Virus record (IMG/VR): IMGVR_UViG_3300011335_000080
Span: 1 to 27,908 of that record
DNA from: a virus
Taxonomy: Duplodnaviria; Caudoviricetes
DNA: 27,908 nucleotides
Strand: one strand, 5' to 3'
Shown piece by piece: positions 15,676 to 26,317 of this stretch (positions are counted from its first letter, which is position 1; every line of letters starts with the position of its first letter). Both the position numbers and the translations under genes were made by a program. Under the pieces are notes generated by a model. It ran no database searches, was not told where the DNA came from, and was given only the letters and a program-made list of their open reading frames with translations.

Positions 15676-16328
15676 ACCTGTGGCCTCCATTGTCCATCAG
15701 ATCCGAGCATGTACCAGGCTGGCGGACACTGCTTTGCCTTAGTCTTTTCGGAGCACATATAACCGCCCCAGCCTTTTCCAGTCTTAGCCGATGTGCCTTC
15801 ACGCCAAATCATGTGACCGTGAGAGCACAATGGAGCAGCAGCTACTTGAACGCCACCTAGTGTTTCTTTGATGGTGTCAATGGCCGTTCCCAGTGTTCGA
15901 ATGCCGGCCTCTTCTGCCTCTTCACGTGTCTTAAACGATGGCACGTCACCGAATTTCGTGTTCCAATAGTCCGGCTCAGTGTTGGCAACCTTTGCTGGAA
16001 GCTTTTCAATCTGCTCCATAGTCTCGCGCACTGTTCGCTCTGCACCGCCCATGATGAGCTGCATAACTCTAAGAATTGCGCTGGTGACTGTATCTTCCAC
16101 GAACCAGCGTTTCATGTTTTGCACATAAGCGCCTTGATAGCCATAAGCGAAATCAACGCCGGCTGGATATAGATCATCGGCATTTCTGTAACCAGTTGCC
16201 TTGACTAGAACGTAGCCCTTCTCGGCGCTAAATTCCATAATTTCTGTTTCAATGCGACCAGTCGGATATGTTGCAAGCCAGCGATCAGTGCGAGCGCGAG
16301 CAGCTTCGTAATTGTCCAAGAATCCCAT
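15672..16328 (-). CDS. Putative Rad52/Sak-like ssDNA annealing protein with C-terminal zinc finger
   Basis: Homologue of 1929-2594; TAATG-coupled start MGFLDNY. Confidence 0.55.
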   Translation of the reverse strand: MGFLDNYEAARARTDRWLATYPTGRIETEIMEFSAEKGYVLVKATGYRNADDLYPAGVDFAYGYQGAYVQNMKRWFVEDTVTSAILRVMQLIMGGAERTVRETMEQIEKLPAKVANTEPDYWNTKFGDVPSFKTREEAEEAGIRTLGTAIDTIKETLGGVQVAAAPLCSHGHMIWREGTSAKTGKGWGGYMCSEKTKAKQCPPAWYMLGSDGQWRPQV

Positions 16329-16486
16329 TAGCGCACTGCCTGAGCTGAGATGTGACGGCCAACGGCTTTGCCGCGTTGATAGCCTTCTCTGTGGCCTTCT
16401 TTGTAGCCTACTGAATAGCTGACAATCGCCCAAAGAATACAGGCGATAGCCATAAGGACGAATAGTCCAATTTCACTTGTTGTCAT
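16328..16486 (-). CDS. Small membrane protein
   Basis: Homologue of 2591-2752. Confidence 0.75.
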   Translation of the reverse strand: MTTSEIGLFVLMAIACILWAIVSYSVGYKEGHREGYQRGKAVGRHISAQAVR

Positions 16487-16491
16487 TTTTT

Positions 16492-16574
16492 GCTCCCGTG
16501 GGAGCCTTGTCGAATGCTCCCAGATACAGAGTGACATCTATGTCCGACAATTTCAAGATTGACGTCGGCGTGTC
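16492..16574 (-). promoter_or_regulatory. Promoter GACAC-N9-AAT-N1-TTGAAA-N17-CACTCT with structured leader
   Basis: Conserved with 2756-2837. Confidence 0.55.
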
Positions 16575-16771
16575 TATTTCTTGAGAGCAATCTCCAGCAT
16601 TAATTGATCTAAACGCTGCTCAATTCGAGAGACTTGATCCTTGAGAGAGTTCCCACCATTCGGTGAAAGCTCTCGCATGATCGACTTCACCATGAATCTC
16701 ATTGACGAATAGATGGCAGTCAGCACCGCAAGAACAAGCCCACCGACCGCCGTCCATTCGCCCACGCTCAC
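16574..16771 (-). CDS. Lysis-cassette membrane protein
   Basis: Near-identical to 2837-3034. Confidence 0.7.
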   Translation of the reverse strand: MSVGEWTAVGGLVLAVLTAIYSSMRFMVKSIMRELSPNGGNSLKDQVSRIEQRLDQLMLEIALKK

Positions 16772-16950
16772 TTTTGACGACCGAAAGAAATGTCGTTTGG
16801 ATTAGCCCAGCGAGCTAATACCGGAATAAGACCAGCGATAAGCCCCATGGCTAAATCTTTTGGATTTGTATTGCCTGTCATATAGACGGCCACCATTCCG
16901 GCTACTGATGATCTAGCCCATGATGCTGCTATTGCCTTGAATTGTGTCAT
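16768..16950 (-). CDS. Putative holin
   Basis: 60 aa, two hydrophobic segments, RWANPND. Confidence 0.7.
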   Translation of the reverse strand: MTQFKAIAASWARSSVAGMVAVYMTGNTNPKDLAMGLIAGLIPVLARWANPNDISFGRQK

Positions 16951-17477
16951 TTCTTCTTCTCCTTTTTTGGCTTTGCCTCTGGAAGTGGCTCGACCACTGG
17001 ATATTGTCCAGCATAAGTTACGAGCTTCGGCCTAGCGAAACCAACAATCTCCTTGCCAATATAGCGACGCTTAACCATCACCATTCCGCCGTTGCGTTGA
17101 TCTCCACCATCTCCGGACGTGTTGCCTTCAATACAGAGAACGCTTGTCTGGCCTACCTTGACAACAATTCCAATGTGGCTGATGCGATCTAAGCCATCGT
17201 GCGGAAAGTCCATGAAGCATAGATCTCCAAGCTGCGGCTTATCTTCAATCCAGCGTCCAAGCTCTTTCATCTTATGAGCGCCAGCAGCAGTTGAAACCAT
17301 TGATGGAATCTTCACGCCGGCAGTGTGGAACACCCAGTTGCAGAACGATCCGCACCAGGGCAATCCATCCGCCTTTGTAAATTTGCCGTACTTCGTAAGA
17401 TTCTCGCCAGTCTCAATCGTGCCGACTTCAGCTAAGGCGACTTCAAGAATCCGAGCAGCAGTGCCATCGGGATACAT
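16947..17477 (-). CDS. CHAP-domain endolysin
   Basis: PWCGSF, SHIGIV, IEGNTS. Confidence 0.88.
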   Translation of the reverse strand: MYPDGTAARILEVALAEVGTIETGENLTKYGKFTKADGLPWCGSFCNWVFHTAGVKIPSMVSTAAGAHKMKELGRWIEDKPQLGDLCFMDFPHDGLDRISHIGIVVKVGQTSVLCIEGNTSGDGGDQRNGGMVMVKRRYIGKEIVGFARPKLVTYAGQYPVVEPLPEAKPKKEKKK

Positions 17478-17692
17478 CAGAGCCCAAGTGCCTTCAAATC
17501 ATCAACAGTTAATCCAAGAGCTTCGAGTTTGGCTGCCGCTGATGCTTTTGCTTCTTGCGCCGCAATTTGTTCTGCCGTTAATGGCTCCGGTTCACAAGAT
17601 TTCAAGTAAGCATCATGTTCGGCTTTTGTCATTTCACGATCTATGACTTCGCCAGTTTCTAAATTGTGTTCTCTCATCATTGGTCTAGTCAT
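17477..17692 (-). CDS. Tail-fibre-associated small protein
   Basis: HNLETGEVIDREMT..AKLEALGLTVDDLKALGL; coupled to fibre gene. Confidence 0.65.
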   Translation of the reverse strand: MTRPMMREHNLETGEVIDREMTKAEHDAYLKSCEPEPLTAEQIAAQEAKASAAAKLEALGLTVDDLKALGL

Positions 17693-18576
17693 TAGTTCAC
17701 TCCATAAATCTTCATAGATGGGCTTCCGTCAAAAGTTGCGGTACCAGTTAAAAAGACTTGCACACTAGTTACTGCGGATACGCTCTGAAAAATACCACTC
17801 CCATTAGTTACACCATCTCCACCAGTCGGATTTGTGCAACCGGTGCGCACGTCAAAAGCCTTAAAAGCATTAGTACCAGCGTAGTTATATATGTTTATTA
17901 AAGCGGCCGTATTATCGCCGCCTGTATCTTTCATATTTCGATTAGCAGTTAAAGGAATACAAGCTGAGCCACCGCCTGTAAATACTGCCCCCGTATTACC
18001 GTCCACTCCGCAAGATAAATACGTAGTTGTATTTGAGTTTAATCCCATTTTCATAATTCCTGCCGCCGTACCTGTACCTAAATCATCTATGCGTATTTGT
18101 AAATTTGTGTATGAGCCGCTAATTCCCGTAACGCTAGTAGATGAGCCAGTTAAAGTAGTTGTTGAAAGCAATGTCAAGCTTCCGCTTGCTGGTGCAGCCC
18201 ATTTCAATCCTGTTGCTTCTGCTGAATCAGCAGTGAGGACTGTTCCGTTCGCTCCCACGCCAATTCGTGCATCTACTGTTGTGAAAGTAAATAAATCACC
18301 TTTAGTTGTTAATGGTGTTACATCGGATGTTGTTGTCCAAGCTGGCACACCGCCTGAAACTGCCAAAACTTGTCCGTTTGTGCCAATCGGCAATCGTGTA
18401 TTTGTGTTCGCAGTTGCCGATGAATAAGCAATGTCACCAAGCGTCGTGCCTGGCTGCAATGCTTTCAATCGAGTATCTACGCCCTGCAATGCGACATCGA
18501 AATCGGCTGGAAGATCCGTAACAAGATCAGTTGCCGTAGGCAGAACGAAGCCATAATTCGTTGTTGGATTTGCCAT
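17692..18576 (-). CDS. Tail fibre / receptor-binding protein
   Basis: N-terminus shared with unit A fibre, two GD..R..G.NG.VL..W repeats, distinct C-terminal domain. Confidence 0.75.
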   Translation of the reverse strand: MANPTTNYGFVLPTATDLVTDLPADFDVALQGVDTRLKALQPGTTLGDIAYSSATANTNTRLPIGTNGQVLAVSGGVPAWTTTSDVTPLTTKGDLFTFTTVDARIGVGANGTVLTADSAEATGLKWAAPASGSLTLLSTTTLTGSSTSVTGISGSYTNLQIRIDDLGTGTAAGIMKMGLNSNTTTYLSCGVDGNTGAVFTGGGSACIPLTANRNMKDTGGDNTAALINIYNYAGTNAFKAFDVRTGCTNPTGGDGVTNGSGIFQSVSAVTSVQVFLTGTATFDGSPSMKIYGVN

Positions 18577-18591
18577 AAGTATTTCCTTTCG

Positions 18592-19839
18592 TTATGAGAC
18601 TATTGTGGCATATTGCCACTCTAAAGTCGGCGACACGGTATTCCATCGTTCTACTATTGGCACGTCATTCCATCGCATGGCTTGCAGTGAATAGGCCAAT
18701 GGCGACATCAGAAGAGTGATGTCAAGTTGATTATAAGAAGCCCGGAAAGTCCAGCCTTCGACGAAACCTTGAAAGACGCCGGACGACATATTGAGCGGAA
18801 GGTCATTGAGTGCGATTGGCTGACCCATGAAGATATTGATCAGATCATCACGATCGGCATTGTCTAGCTCTGGATTGGTTAAGGCGTAAGTAATCGAATC
18901 AAAGATTGGCTGCGGATAAGCTCTAAGCTCAAGATAGAACGCGGCCTGAGCTTCTGCATCGGCTTGATGTTTAATCGTTGTCGTAATGATTTGCGAAAGA
19001 TCGCCATAAATGGCTATTGATGTCGAATCAAGGTCACTGACTTCACTGGTGGAGCCGATGCCATACTTGATTGTAATGTCATTTCTAACATCTCCAGACC
19101 GTGTCTTGATTGTAATCCCTTGCCCTAAAGCGTGATTGGCCGTGAGATCTGTGTATCCGTTAGCTGCAAGATAAGTCGTGCGGTGTGTCGAATCAGCATA
19201 AGAAATGAGCCCGGACGCCGATTCATATATGTAGCCCAAGCCGCTACTAGCAAGCGCGGCTACTAAGTCATAAATCACAACACGATTTGAAGCTCTTTGT
19301 GCCAGCTCATAATTGCCCGGAGTGTCAATCTCTCCGATGCCGTTATTGCCAGCATTAGCCCACGTCGTAGTCGGATCATAAGTGTTCCATTGAAGCGCGG
19401 CTGGAACCTGCTGCCATTGAGCCAGCAGAACTTCGCGCAAGATTTTCTCAATTTGATTGCCATCAAAATCTTGAGTTAAGACGCCATTTGTGAGTGCCTT
19501 TTGAAGCCTTGCAAGGGCTCCTAGAGCCGTGATGGTAACTTCTTGAGTATATGCGCTAGAGCCGACTTGAGACACGCTCACGGCAATATCGACCACTGAT
19601 CCGCCAAAGATTGGCACATAAACCGCCGAAGTGTCTTGGACTTCAATCGAAATGGTGTCATTGATTTCGTAGGGCAATGCAGCTTGATTGAAGATGATAA
19701 GAGTTACTGAGCAATAGCCGGCTTGAGCCTGAGTGTAGATATTTGTGCGACCGGACGTAATTGTCAGATTAGCAAGAACCGAATCTGTGACGTCCGTGCC
19801 ATCAATTTTAACGCGCCAGACTGGAGCCCACTGTGTCAT
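18592..19839 (-). CDS. Minor tail / baseplate hub protein
   Basis: Homologue of 4834-6075. Confidence 0.7.
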   Translation of the reverse strand: MTQWAPVWRVKIDGTDVTDSVLANLTITSGRTNIYTQAQAGYCSVTLIIFNQAALPYEINDTISIEVQDTSAVYVPIFGGSVVDIAVSVSQVGSSAYTQEVTITALGALARLQKALTNGVLTQDFDGNQIEKILREVLLAQWQQVPAALQWNTYDPTTTWANAGNNGIGEIDTPGNYELAQRASNRVVIYDLVAALASSGLGYIYESASGLISYADSTHRTTYLAANGYTDLTANHALGQGITIKTRSGDVRNDITIKYGIGSTSEVSDLDSTSIAIYGDLSQIITTTIKHQADAEAQAAFYLELRAYPQPIFDSITYALTNPELDNADRDDLINIFMGQPIALNDLPLNMSSGVFQGFVEGWTFRASYNQLDITLLMSPLAYSLQAMRWNDVPIVERWNTVSPTLEWQYATIVS

Positions 19840-21251
19840 TAGATTCCCTGAAGTGCGCCGGCTCCGGCCGTGCCTCGGAAGAATGAATCATTAAGGACGT
19901 TCACGATTGTGCGAGCAGTACCTTCGGCATCTATTGCCCCATTTACCGTGACGTTAATTCGCTCGCCCGTTGAAAGGCCACCAGTAGCCGCTAATCGTGC
20001 AGCAGCATCAGATTCGCGCTTGTTTCTCAATCGTTCTGTTTCTGCCTTTAATTCTTCACGTCTGATAATTGCAGCTTGCATTGAAGCTGAATAAACGCCG
20101 ATGTCTGCGCCGGTAGCTGGCGAAATGATGCCGGTGACTTGACCTGTTCCTTTTCCAGTATCAAATCCGCCATTACCAGATGGATCTACATTAAAATCAG
20201 AACCACCAGCTTTTAGACCTTTTGAATTATCTCCACCGCCAAAGAATCGAGTGATTGGATTGTCTTTCATAAGTTTAATAAATGCCTGAACCGCATTTAT
20301 TACTTTTCCAATTCCAGAAAGAAGATTGGCAAATCCATTTACCAAGCCAGCAATGATTGCAGCTATAACCTTTAATGCGCCGCCTAAGCCTGTCACAAGA
20401 ACTGGCACAACGTATTTTTGAATAAATGAAATCAAGTCTGCAAATGTTTCTTTATTATCTTCTACCGCTTTGGTGATTGGCTTGAAAAAATCAGCAAATT
20501 TACCAAGTGCCGGCACAACCTCATTCACGACAAATTCGACAAGTTGCTGAATAATTGGCAAAAGTCTTGCACCGACTGATTCTTTGGCTTCATCAAATGT
20601 TACTTTGAGAATCTCTAGGCGTCCGGCAAATGTCTCTGCATTAGCTGCTGCCGCTCCACCAAATAGATCCGTAAGCTTTGACTGCACATCTGTGAAAGAC
20701 ATCGCTTTGAGCTCTGCCGTAGATAATCCGATGCCTAACTTGCCAAGAGCTGCCGTGTTGCCGTCGTATGCCTTACCGAGTGCATTAGCTACCGAATCTA
20801 AGCCTTTGCCCGTCGCTTGAGAAATGTCCAGTGCAAGATTGAGAAGATCTTGAGCCTTTGTGACGTCGTTTGTAGAAAGAGCAAGTCGTTGCAATGCTGG
20901 ACGAAGTTTATCGTCTGCAACACCTGTGGCCAAAGATGTCTTGAGAATCTGTTCTTCAACCGATGCAATCATTTGATTCGTTGCACCAGTTGCATTCTTT
21001 AATGCAGTGGCTAGACGTATTTGTGCAGCTTCATCTTCAATCGCGGCTTTGACTCCATCGACTGCAAGCTTGACGGCGTAGGCTCCAGCAGCAGCTCCGG
21101 CGGCTGCAAATGCAAGCCCAGCCTTCTTGCTAAATTCTCCCATCTTTGATGATGAGTTATCGACGTCTCCATTGGCTGCTGCTAATGATTTTTTTAATTG
21201 ATCTACATCAGCAAGAATCGAGAGCTTGAGTGTGCGCGATTGTCCGGCCAT
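19839..21251 (-). CDS. Tape measure protein (short)
   Basis: Homologue of 6075-7466. Confidence 0.85.
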   Translation of the reverse strand: MAGQSRTLKLSILADVDQLKKSLAAANGDVDNSSSKMGEFSKKAGLAFAAAGAAAGAYAVKLAVDGVKAAIEDEAAQIRLATALKNATGATNQMIASVEEQILKTSLATGVADDKLRPALQRLALSTNDVTKAQDLLNLALDISQATGKGLDSVANALGKAYDGNTAALGKLGIGLSTAELKAMSFTDVQSKLTDLFGGAAAANAETFAGRLEILKVTFDEAKESVGARLLPIIQQLVEFVVNEVVPALGKFADFFKPITKAVEDNKETFADLISFIQKYVVPVLVTGLGGALKVIAAIIAGLVNGFANLLSGIGKVINAVQAFIKLMKDNPITRFFGGGDNSKGLKAGGSDFNVDPSGNGGFDTGKGTGQVTGIISPATGADIGVYSASMQAAIIRREELKAETERLRNKRESDAAARLAATGGLSTGERINVTVNGAIDAEGTARTIVNVLNDSFFRGTAGAGALQGI

Positions 21252-21707
21252 TTACCACTCCTTCAAGATTCGGTCAAAAGCATTTTCCCACTTCGCGATG
21301 ATGTCTGGCTGGATTTCGCGTAGTGTCGGATAAATAAACCAGCCCTTAGATCCGCCACGAAGTCCACTGCCTGACCAGACTGGGAATTGCTTAAACTTGT
21401 TAGATCCGAATTCTGTACCGCCCCAGAGATCCTTTGTCGTGCCACCGCCAGAAAACTTTTGACTTACAAAGCCGAAAGAGAGTTCGCCAATCTTGGAAGA
21501 TTTAGAAACACGGGAGCCACTGGCAATCCTGTCGGCTGCCTTACCTCTGGAGATAGCCTTTTGCTGGATTTTGCCTTGAGCAAATTCGGCCAAAGCTGAG
21601 GATTCTCTTTTAGCTGCATCAGTAGCTTCAACGTCCATCGCCTTAAATGCCGACGTAATACGACGAAGATCAGCCTTGTCATAGGCAATCTCAACGTTGT
21701 CGCTCAT
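21252..21707 (-). CDS. HK97 gp10-like neck/tail completion protein
   Basis: Homologue of 7467-7919. Confidence 0.5.
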   Translation of the reverse strand: MSDNVEIAYDKADLRRITSAFKAMDVEATDAAKRESSALAEFAQGKIQQKAISRGKAADRIASGSRVSKSSKIGELSFGFVSQKFSGGGTTKDLWGGTEFGSNKFKQFPVWSGSGLRGGSKGWFIYPTLREIQPDIIAKWENAFDRILKEW

Positions 21708-22085
21708 TTTGTCGCTCCAATATCTCCAAAGCCGTCAGAATTTGCTCCGCCGTCGTCCATTCGCTCATCGGAATTTTTGTGGCTATTGCAAGCTCCACAA
21801 TTATTCGATTGAGGCTTCCGACGGCGTAACTTTTGGGCTTGCGTCACCTGCACCAATATCGGCCACTGTTTCGCACCAAATTTCATAGCCTTTGACTGGC
21901 TTGCCACCGGCTTCGCGTTTGTGAGCATGATAAGCAAGAAAGAGAAGATCGGAGATTCCAATCTTTTCTTCAGCTTGCTGAATTGTATATCCTGACTTCT
22001 GCTCCCATTTTTGCCATTCCGGTGGAGCCGCCGTATAAGTGGCGACTTCACCGGACTGATATGTGACTTCGATGTTCAGTTTCAT
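21691..22085 (-). CDS. Tail assembly chaperone (21801-22085) with -1 frameshift extension to 21691
   Basis: C CCA AAA at 21837-21831; -1 frame SYAVGSLNRIIVELAIATKIPMSEWTTAEQILTALEILERQNERQR*. Confidence 0.8.
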
Positions 22086-22109
22086 TTTGTGCTCCCGTTT
22101 CTAGTTAGT

Positions 22110-22511
22110 TTAACTGATTGTGATAACTGGTGTCGTTGCGCAAAGCATTGACCAAGAATCTGTCTGAGCATCTGGTGCAGTGCCGCCAGCAGTTGGTGCT
22201 ACTGGGAAAGCAGTGCCAGCAAATGACGCGCCTGTTGCAGTGAGCAGAGTGAAAGCCAGTGCAGTATTTGGAGCAGAAGTGAACGCAGTCCACATCGCTT
22301 CAAAGAGTGATCCGGTTGCGCCCCAGTCTGCAAGAAGCTCGATATTAAGTGTCCATTGATCATCAATGTGCTTATAGGCTTTTCCATCAAGTGTCTGATA
22401 AGTAGTGATGACTGGAGCATTAACTAAAGTGACCGCAGTTGTCTGCGCGTCGTAATTCACGGTGGCAAGAGTGAAAACTATGTCGCGACCGGTGACTATT
22501 GTTGTTGGCAT
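22110..22511 (-). CDS. Major tail protein
   Basis: Homologue of 8320-8721. Confidence 0.75.
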   Translation of the reverse strand: MPTTIVTGRDIVFTLATVNYDAQTTAVTLVNAPVITTYQTLDGKAYKHIDDQWTLNIELLADWGATGSLFEAMWTAFTSAPNTALAFTLLTATGASFAGTAFPVAPTAGGTAPDAQTDSWSMLCATTPVITIS

Positions 22512-22523
22512 TTCTTTGTCTCC

Positions 22524-22922
22524 TTAGATTGTCTGTTGTGTGTAGTAAGTGCTGACCGCGAGATCCGCCACTAGTAGATTCGATGCGCCCACCGATTGGA
22601 TTGTCGGACGTTGAACGTCTCCGACTGTGTAACCTGTTGGCATCGCTGCGATGATGCTAATAATAAGCTGCTCAAGATTGTCCAGTGCTCCGGCCGTGTT
22701 GTTGTAAGCAACGGCCGCAGTGACCACGAAATTGATTTTCACGCGTACCTGCGATTTGCCGATTGTTGTCGTTTCTAAATAGGGCGAATCGGGAACGATT
22801 ACGCAAGCTGGAGGAATGACTGCCTCTGGAGGCGATGAATAAACTGATGCAACGACGCCAGAGAGAGCAGTCGCAAGAGTGCCTCTGACGTTAGTCGCGA
22901 TTGATGTTGGTGTAGGCATCAC
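22524..22922 (-). CDS. Putative tail terminator
   Basis: Near-identical to 8731-9129. Confidence 0.55.
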   Translation of the reverse strand: MMPTPTSIATNVRGTLATALSGVVASVYSSPPEAVIPPACVIVPDSPYLETTTIGKSQVRVKINFVVTAAVAYNNTAGALDNLEQLIISIIAAMPTGYTVGDVQRPTIQSVGASNLLVADLAVSTYYTQQTI

Positions 22923-23539
22923 ATAGCCATTGTTGAAACGTCGATGTAATTACCTATGAGCCCAATGATTCGATTTTGGAGTGAGCGCCCCATACGAAAT
23001 GGCGAAGGCTGAAAATCTACTCCTTCAATCTGACCGCCTGGTGCGACCACGCTCTGGAAAATCTCAACGCTGACGATAGTGACCGCCTGTTCGACTGCGT
23101 CGGTATTTGCGTAGAGCGTGGCCGCGTCTGCCCCAGATAGATAAACAACGCCGCCAGGAATTACCGGACGAAATGTTATGTCATCGTTAGTGAGCGCGCA
23201 TGTGAAATAGAAATAAGGAGCCGGATAAGCGAAAGGTAAGTAAGGAAATGGATCATAGTAATTCGATGTGACTGTCTTTGTTCCGTTAAATGTAGATGGA
23301 ACGCAACCTGTAATCACAACACTTTGACCAGCGACGAATGTATTTGGCTTTTGAGTGATGTAATAGGCGACATTGTTTTGAAGATAAACGGCGGCGACTG
23401 AATTTTGATTAGCAGTCAATAGCGGCAGAATTACTTGCTCAGCTGAATCGATAATTCCTTCAAGATAAGCATCAGAATAAAGAGAAACAGAGACGCCAAG
23501 AACCTGTCTAAGACTGGCGACTGTAATGATTGCTGGCAT
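22919..23539 (-). CDS. Head-tail adaptor with central beta-rich insertion
   Basis: Homologue of 9126-9752. Confidence 0.6.
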   Translation of the reverse strand: MPAIITVASLRQVLGVSVSLYSDAYLEGIIDSAEQVILPLLTANQNSVAAVYLQNNVAYYITQKPNTFVAGQSVVITGCVPSTFNGTKTVTSNYYDPFPYLPFAYPAPYFYFTCALTNDDITFRPVIPGGVVYLSGADAATLYANTDAVEQAVTIVSVEIFQSVVAPGGQIEGVDFQPSPFRMGRSLQNRIIGLIGNYIDVSTMAM

Positions 23540-23562
23540 CTCTGTTCCCTTTCGTGAGCTGC

Positions 23563-23592
23563 TGGGCTAGATACGGGAGCGCACCTAGCCCA
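23563..23592 (-). terminator. Post-capsid stem-loop
   Basis: Identical to 9776-9805. Confidence 0.6.
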
Positions 23593-23604
23593 TGATTAAG
23601 TGGA

Positions 23605-25170
23605 TTAAGTTAAATTGAAGCGACGTAGACCACCCGCAAAGACGGCCTGAGCTGCAATATATCCATATAGTGAAATTTCGATTTCTCCGGTAGTTGGCAC
23701 ATTTGTGGCCAAAGTTAAAGCTGGAGATTCGAAGATTTCGATTGAACGTGGCTCGATGATGAATGCTGACTCATCGATGCTTGTGCTCACCATGTTGGCG
23801 TCTGTGTAGTAATCGAGTCCAAGTACGTTTCCGCGAATCGCAGTTGGATTTACTGTTCCGCCTGGATTCATTTGCATTGGCTGAGCATTGTAAATTGGAC
23901 GTCCAGTTGTATCTGTCGCAGAAAGTAAAGTGCTCCAGATTGAAGTACCAGAAACGAATGCAGTAGCTGTGCGCTTTGTTGCATTGTAGACGGCTGGTGA
24001 TTCTGTTGATACGAATGAAATAATGCCGGCTGAGTCAGCAGCAGTTGCAGTCGCTTGAGTTCCGCCGGCAGTAATCTGAGCGATTACATATTGATCAGTT
24101 GCCTGAGCATACGCATCGCGAAGATTTGCCAACATGATTTCATAGAAACTTGGATCTGATCTGTCAAGAAGCTCGACACTGTAGCGCTGAAATCCCATTT
24201 TCTTAATTACGGTAGCGTTCACATAGGCTGAGGTAATCGCGGTTGTTCCAGTTGGATCTCCGCCTTCTGCCACTGTTGCAGCAGTCGAATTTGCAGTGAT
24301 TTTAGGAATCGAAACTGTCATTCCGTAGCTATTAAGCGGACGTGTTCCACCGCAAGCTTCAATGACTGGACGAACTGCGTTTGTGTTTGTTGCTACATCG
24401 CGAACGTATGACACTGGTGAGAACGCTGGATTTGTTGTGAATGAATCGTCAGCAGCTTTTACATATTGACGAGAATCTTCGTTGCCAAGTCCTGCTTTGA
24501 TTGTGTGCTCAAGGTATGCGCCACCAGTTGTAATTGGTGATCGTGGTGATGTGAAATAAAGCGGACGAGCTGCCTCGGCCTGTACGACTTTGGAAGCCTC
24601 AACCGTTTCGGCTGGTGCTTCTGTAACGGTTGGAGTTGTTTCCACTTCGTTTTCTCCTTTGGTAGTTTGTTCTTCTGTTTCCACGACGGATTCAGAATCT
24701 TCTAGCTCACTAGCTGCGACCGCAACCTTTGCGCTTTTTATGGCTGGCTCTGTGACTAGTGAGACTTCTTTGAGCGCACTTGCGCTAATAACTAGAACGC
24801 CATCGACGTTCTTATACTTTTCAGCCAGAACGCCAACACTAAAGCCGTCGCGTAATCCAGAAAATGCCTCTTCCAAAGCATCAGATCCGGAAGTTGTTTT
24901 GGCAACAGAAAAAGTTGCGTAAATGCCTTCTTCATCTTCCTCGTAATCTTTTAAGAATCCGATTGGAGATTCACGGCGATGCTCAAGTAATAATTTCGTA
25001 GTATCGCTAAAAGTAATTGAGCCAGGCTTGAACATAGTTGATCCGGCTGATGTGGAGCCTTCTTCATTCCATGTGACGATGCGGCCAGAGATTTCGCGTC
25101 TTGGAAAGTCTGTCGCCGTGACCTTCATTGAAAAGTCAAGATTCATCGGAGTTGGCTTGATTTCTTTCAT
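23605..25170 (-). CDS. Prohead protease-major capsid fusion (HK97 type)
   Basis: Homologue of 9818-11401. Confidence 0.88.
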   Translation of the reverse strand: MKEIKPTPMNLDFSMKVTATDFPRREISGRIVTWNEEGSTSAGSTMFKPGSITFSDTTKLLLEHRRESPIGFLKDYEEDEEGIYATFSVAKTTSGSDALEEAFSGLRDGFSVGVLAEKYKNVDGVLVISASALKEVSLVTEPAIKSAKVAVAASELEDSESVVETEEQTTKGENEVETTPTVTEAPAETVEASKVVQAEAARPLYFTSPRSPITTGGAYLEHTIKAGLGNEDSRQYVKAADDSFTTNPAFSPVSYVRDVATNTNAVRPVIEACGGTRPLNSYGMTVSIPKITANSTAATVAEGGDPTGTTAITSAYVNATVIKKMGFQRYSVELLDRSDPSFYEIMLANLRDAYAQATDQYVIAQITAGGTQATATAADSAGIISFVSTESPAVYNATKRTATAFVSGTSIWSTLLSATDTTGRPIYNAQPMQMNPGGTVNPTAIRGNVLGLDYYTDANMVSTSIDESAFIIEPRSIEIFESPALTLATNVPTTGEIEISLYGYIAAQAVFAGGLRRFNLT

Positions 25171-26288
25171 CGGATCATTTCCTCTTCTAGTCGGATTTCA
25201 TCGGAAGTTAAAGCTCCGATGTCGTAGAGAATCTTGTACACATCTGCGCGCTCTTTTGCTGATCCGCGCAAGTAATCGTCTAAATCGAATTTAACTTCTT
25301 GTGATGCTGGAACGAAATCATTTGCCATTCCAGTCATTGAAAGACGCTCTTCAATGGCACACATAATCGGACGAAGTGAGAAGTCCAGCAAAGATTGACG
25401 CGCAAGTGTTGCGTTTGTGTACGTCATACTAGATCCGGATTCTGCATCGACGTAATAGGCCGGAATGCCGGTAACTCTGGCGAGCTCGGTCGAAACGTAC
25501 GATCTGGCTTGATTGAGCTGCAATTTCTCTGGATCGAATCCTAAAGTCTGCAATTCCACGTCAGCATTCAAGAATGCAGTTGAACGATTGCGACGTGACT
25601 GCCCCCAAGATTCGAGAAGCTTTGCGATGCGATCTGCTGGAAGTGCAGTGCCATTAGATTTCAAGACCATCGTTGGAACTGGCTCGCGTGCGTACATTGT
25701 CGCAGCGCGTTCTAATTCTGCACCAGCTTTGATTGTGCGACCGGCACGATTGAGAATGCCCTCATCTACGCCGTAAAAGACTGCAAGACTTCCAACGCCT
25801 TCGTATGGCACTGGAATTGAATCTACGCAGTAATACTCAATCTCTGTTCCTCTGTCATTAGTTTTAATTGTGACGCGAGTAGGATCAATGCGTTCTGCAC
25901 TGCGAATGCGATATGTGTCGGCGTAGATTTCCAAGATACGCATGTAGCCGTATCCGTATAGCAATAAATCTTCTGCAAGCCAGGCATAGGTTGCGAATCC
26001 AGGAACGCGTGGATCTGGCTGATTGATAACCTTTGGAGGAGATTCAACGCGAGCGCCATCTGCGCGAGTGCGAACCTTAAGCGGAATTGATGCAACGCTT
26101 GACGAAATTATGTTGCGTGCTCTGGCGCATGTTGGCACTGACATAAATTCAACGCGAGAGGCAGTGATTCCGGCAACGCCGTAGATATTATAAAGCGAGC
26201 TAGTGACATTTACTGGAGCAAGAGAAGCTTCAATGTCAGAAGTGGCAGCCGGAGCTGCGGTCGTTACTGTGCGCGAGAATAGACCCAT
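25167..26288 (-). CDS. Portal protein
   Basis: Homologue of 11398-12519. Confidence 0.9.
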   Translation of the reverse strand: MGLFSRTVTTAAPAATSDIEASLAPVNVTSSLYNIYGVAGITASRVEFMSVPTCARARNIISSSVASIPLKVRTRADGARVESPPKVINQPDPRVPGFATYAWLAEDLLLYGYGYMRILEIYADTYRIRSAERIDPTRVTIKTNDRGTEIEYYCVDSIPVPYEGVGSLAVFYGVDEGILNRAGRTIKAGAELERAATMYAREPVPTMVLKSNGTALPADRIAKLLESWGQSRRNRSTAFLNADVELQTLGFDPEKLQLNQARSYVSTELARVTGIPAYYVDAESGSSMTYTNATLARQSLLDFSLRPIMCAIEERLSMTGMANDFVPASQEVKFDLDDYLRGSAKERADVYKILYDIGALTSDEIRLEEEMIR

Positions 26289-26317
26289 GTGGATAAGTCT
26301 AAAGGCTTGCTATACAT

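Noticed and set aside
21704-22051. 115-aa alternative-frame ORF over the chaperone
   Set aside because: No counterpart is listed in unit A; the conserved extension is in the -1 frame ending at 21691.
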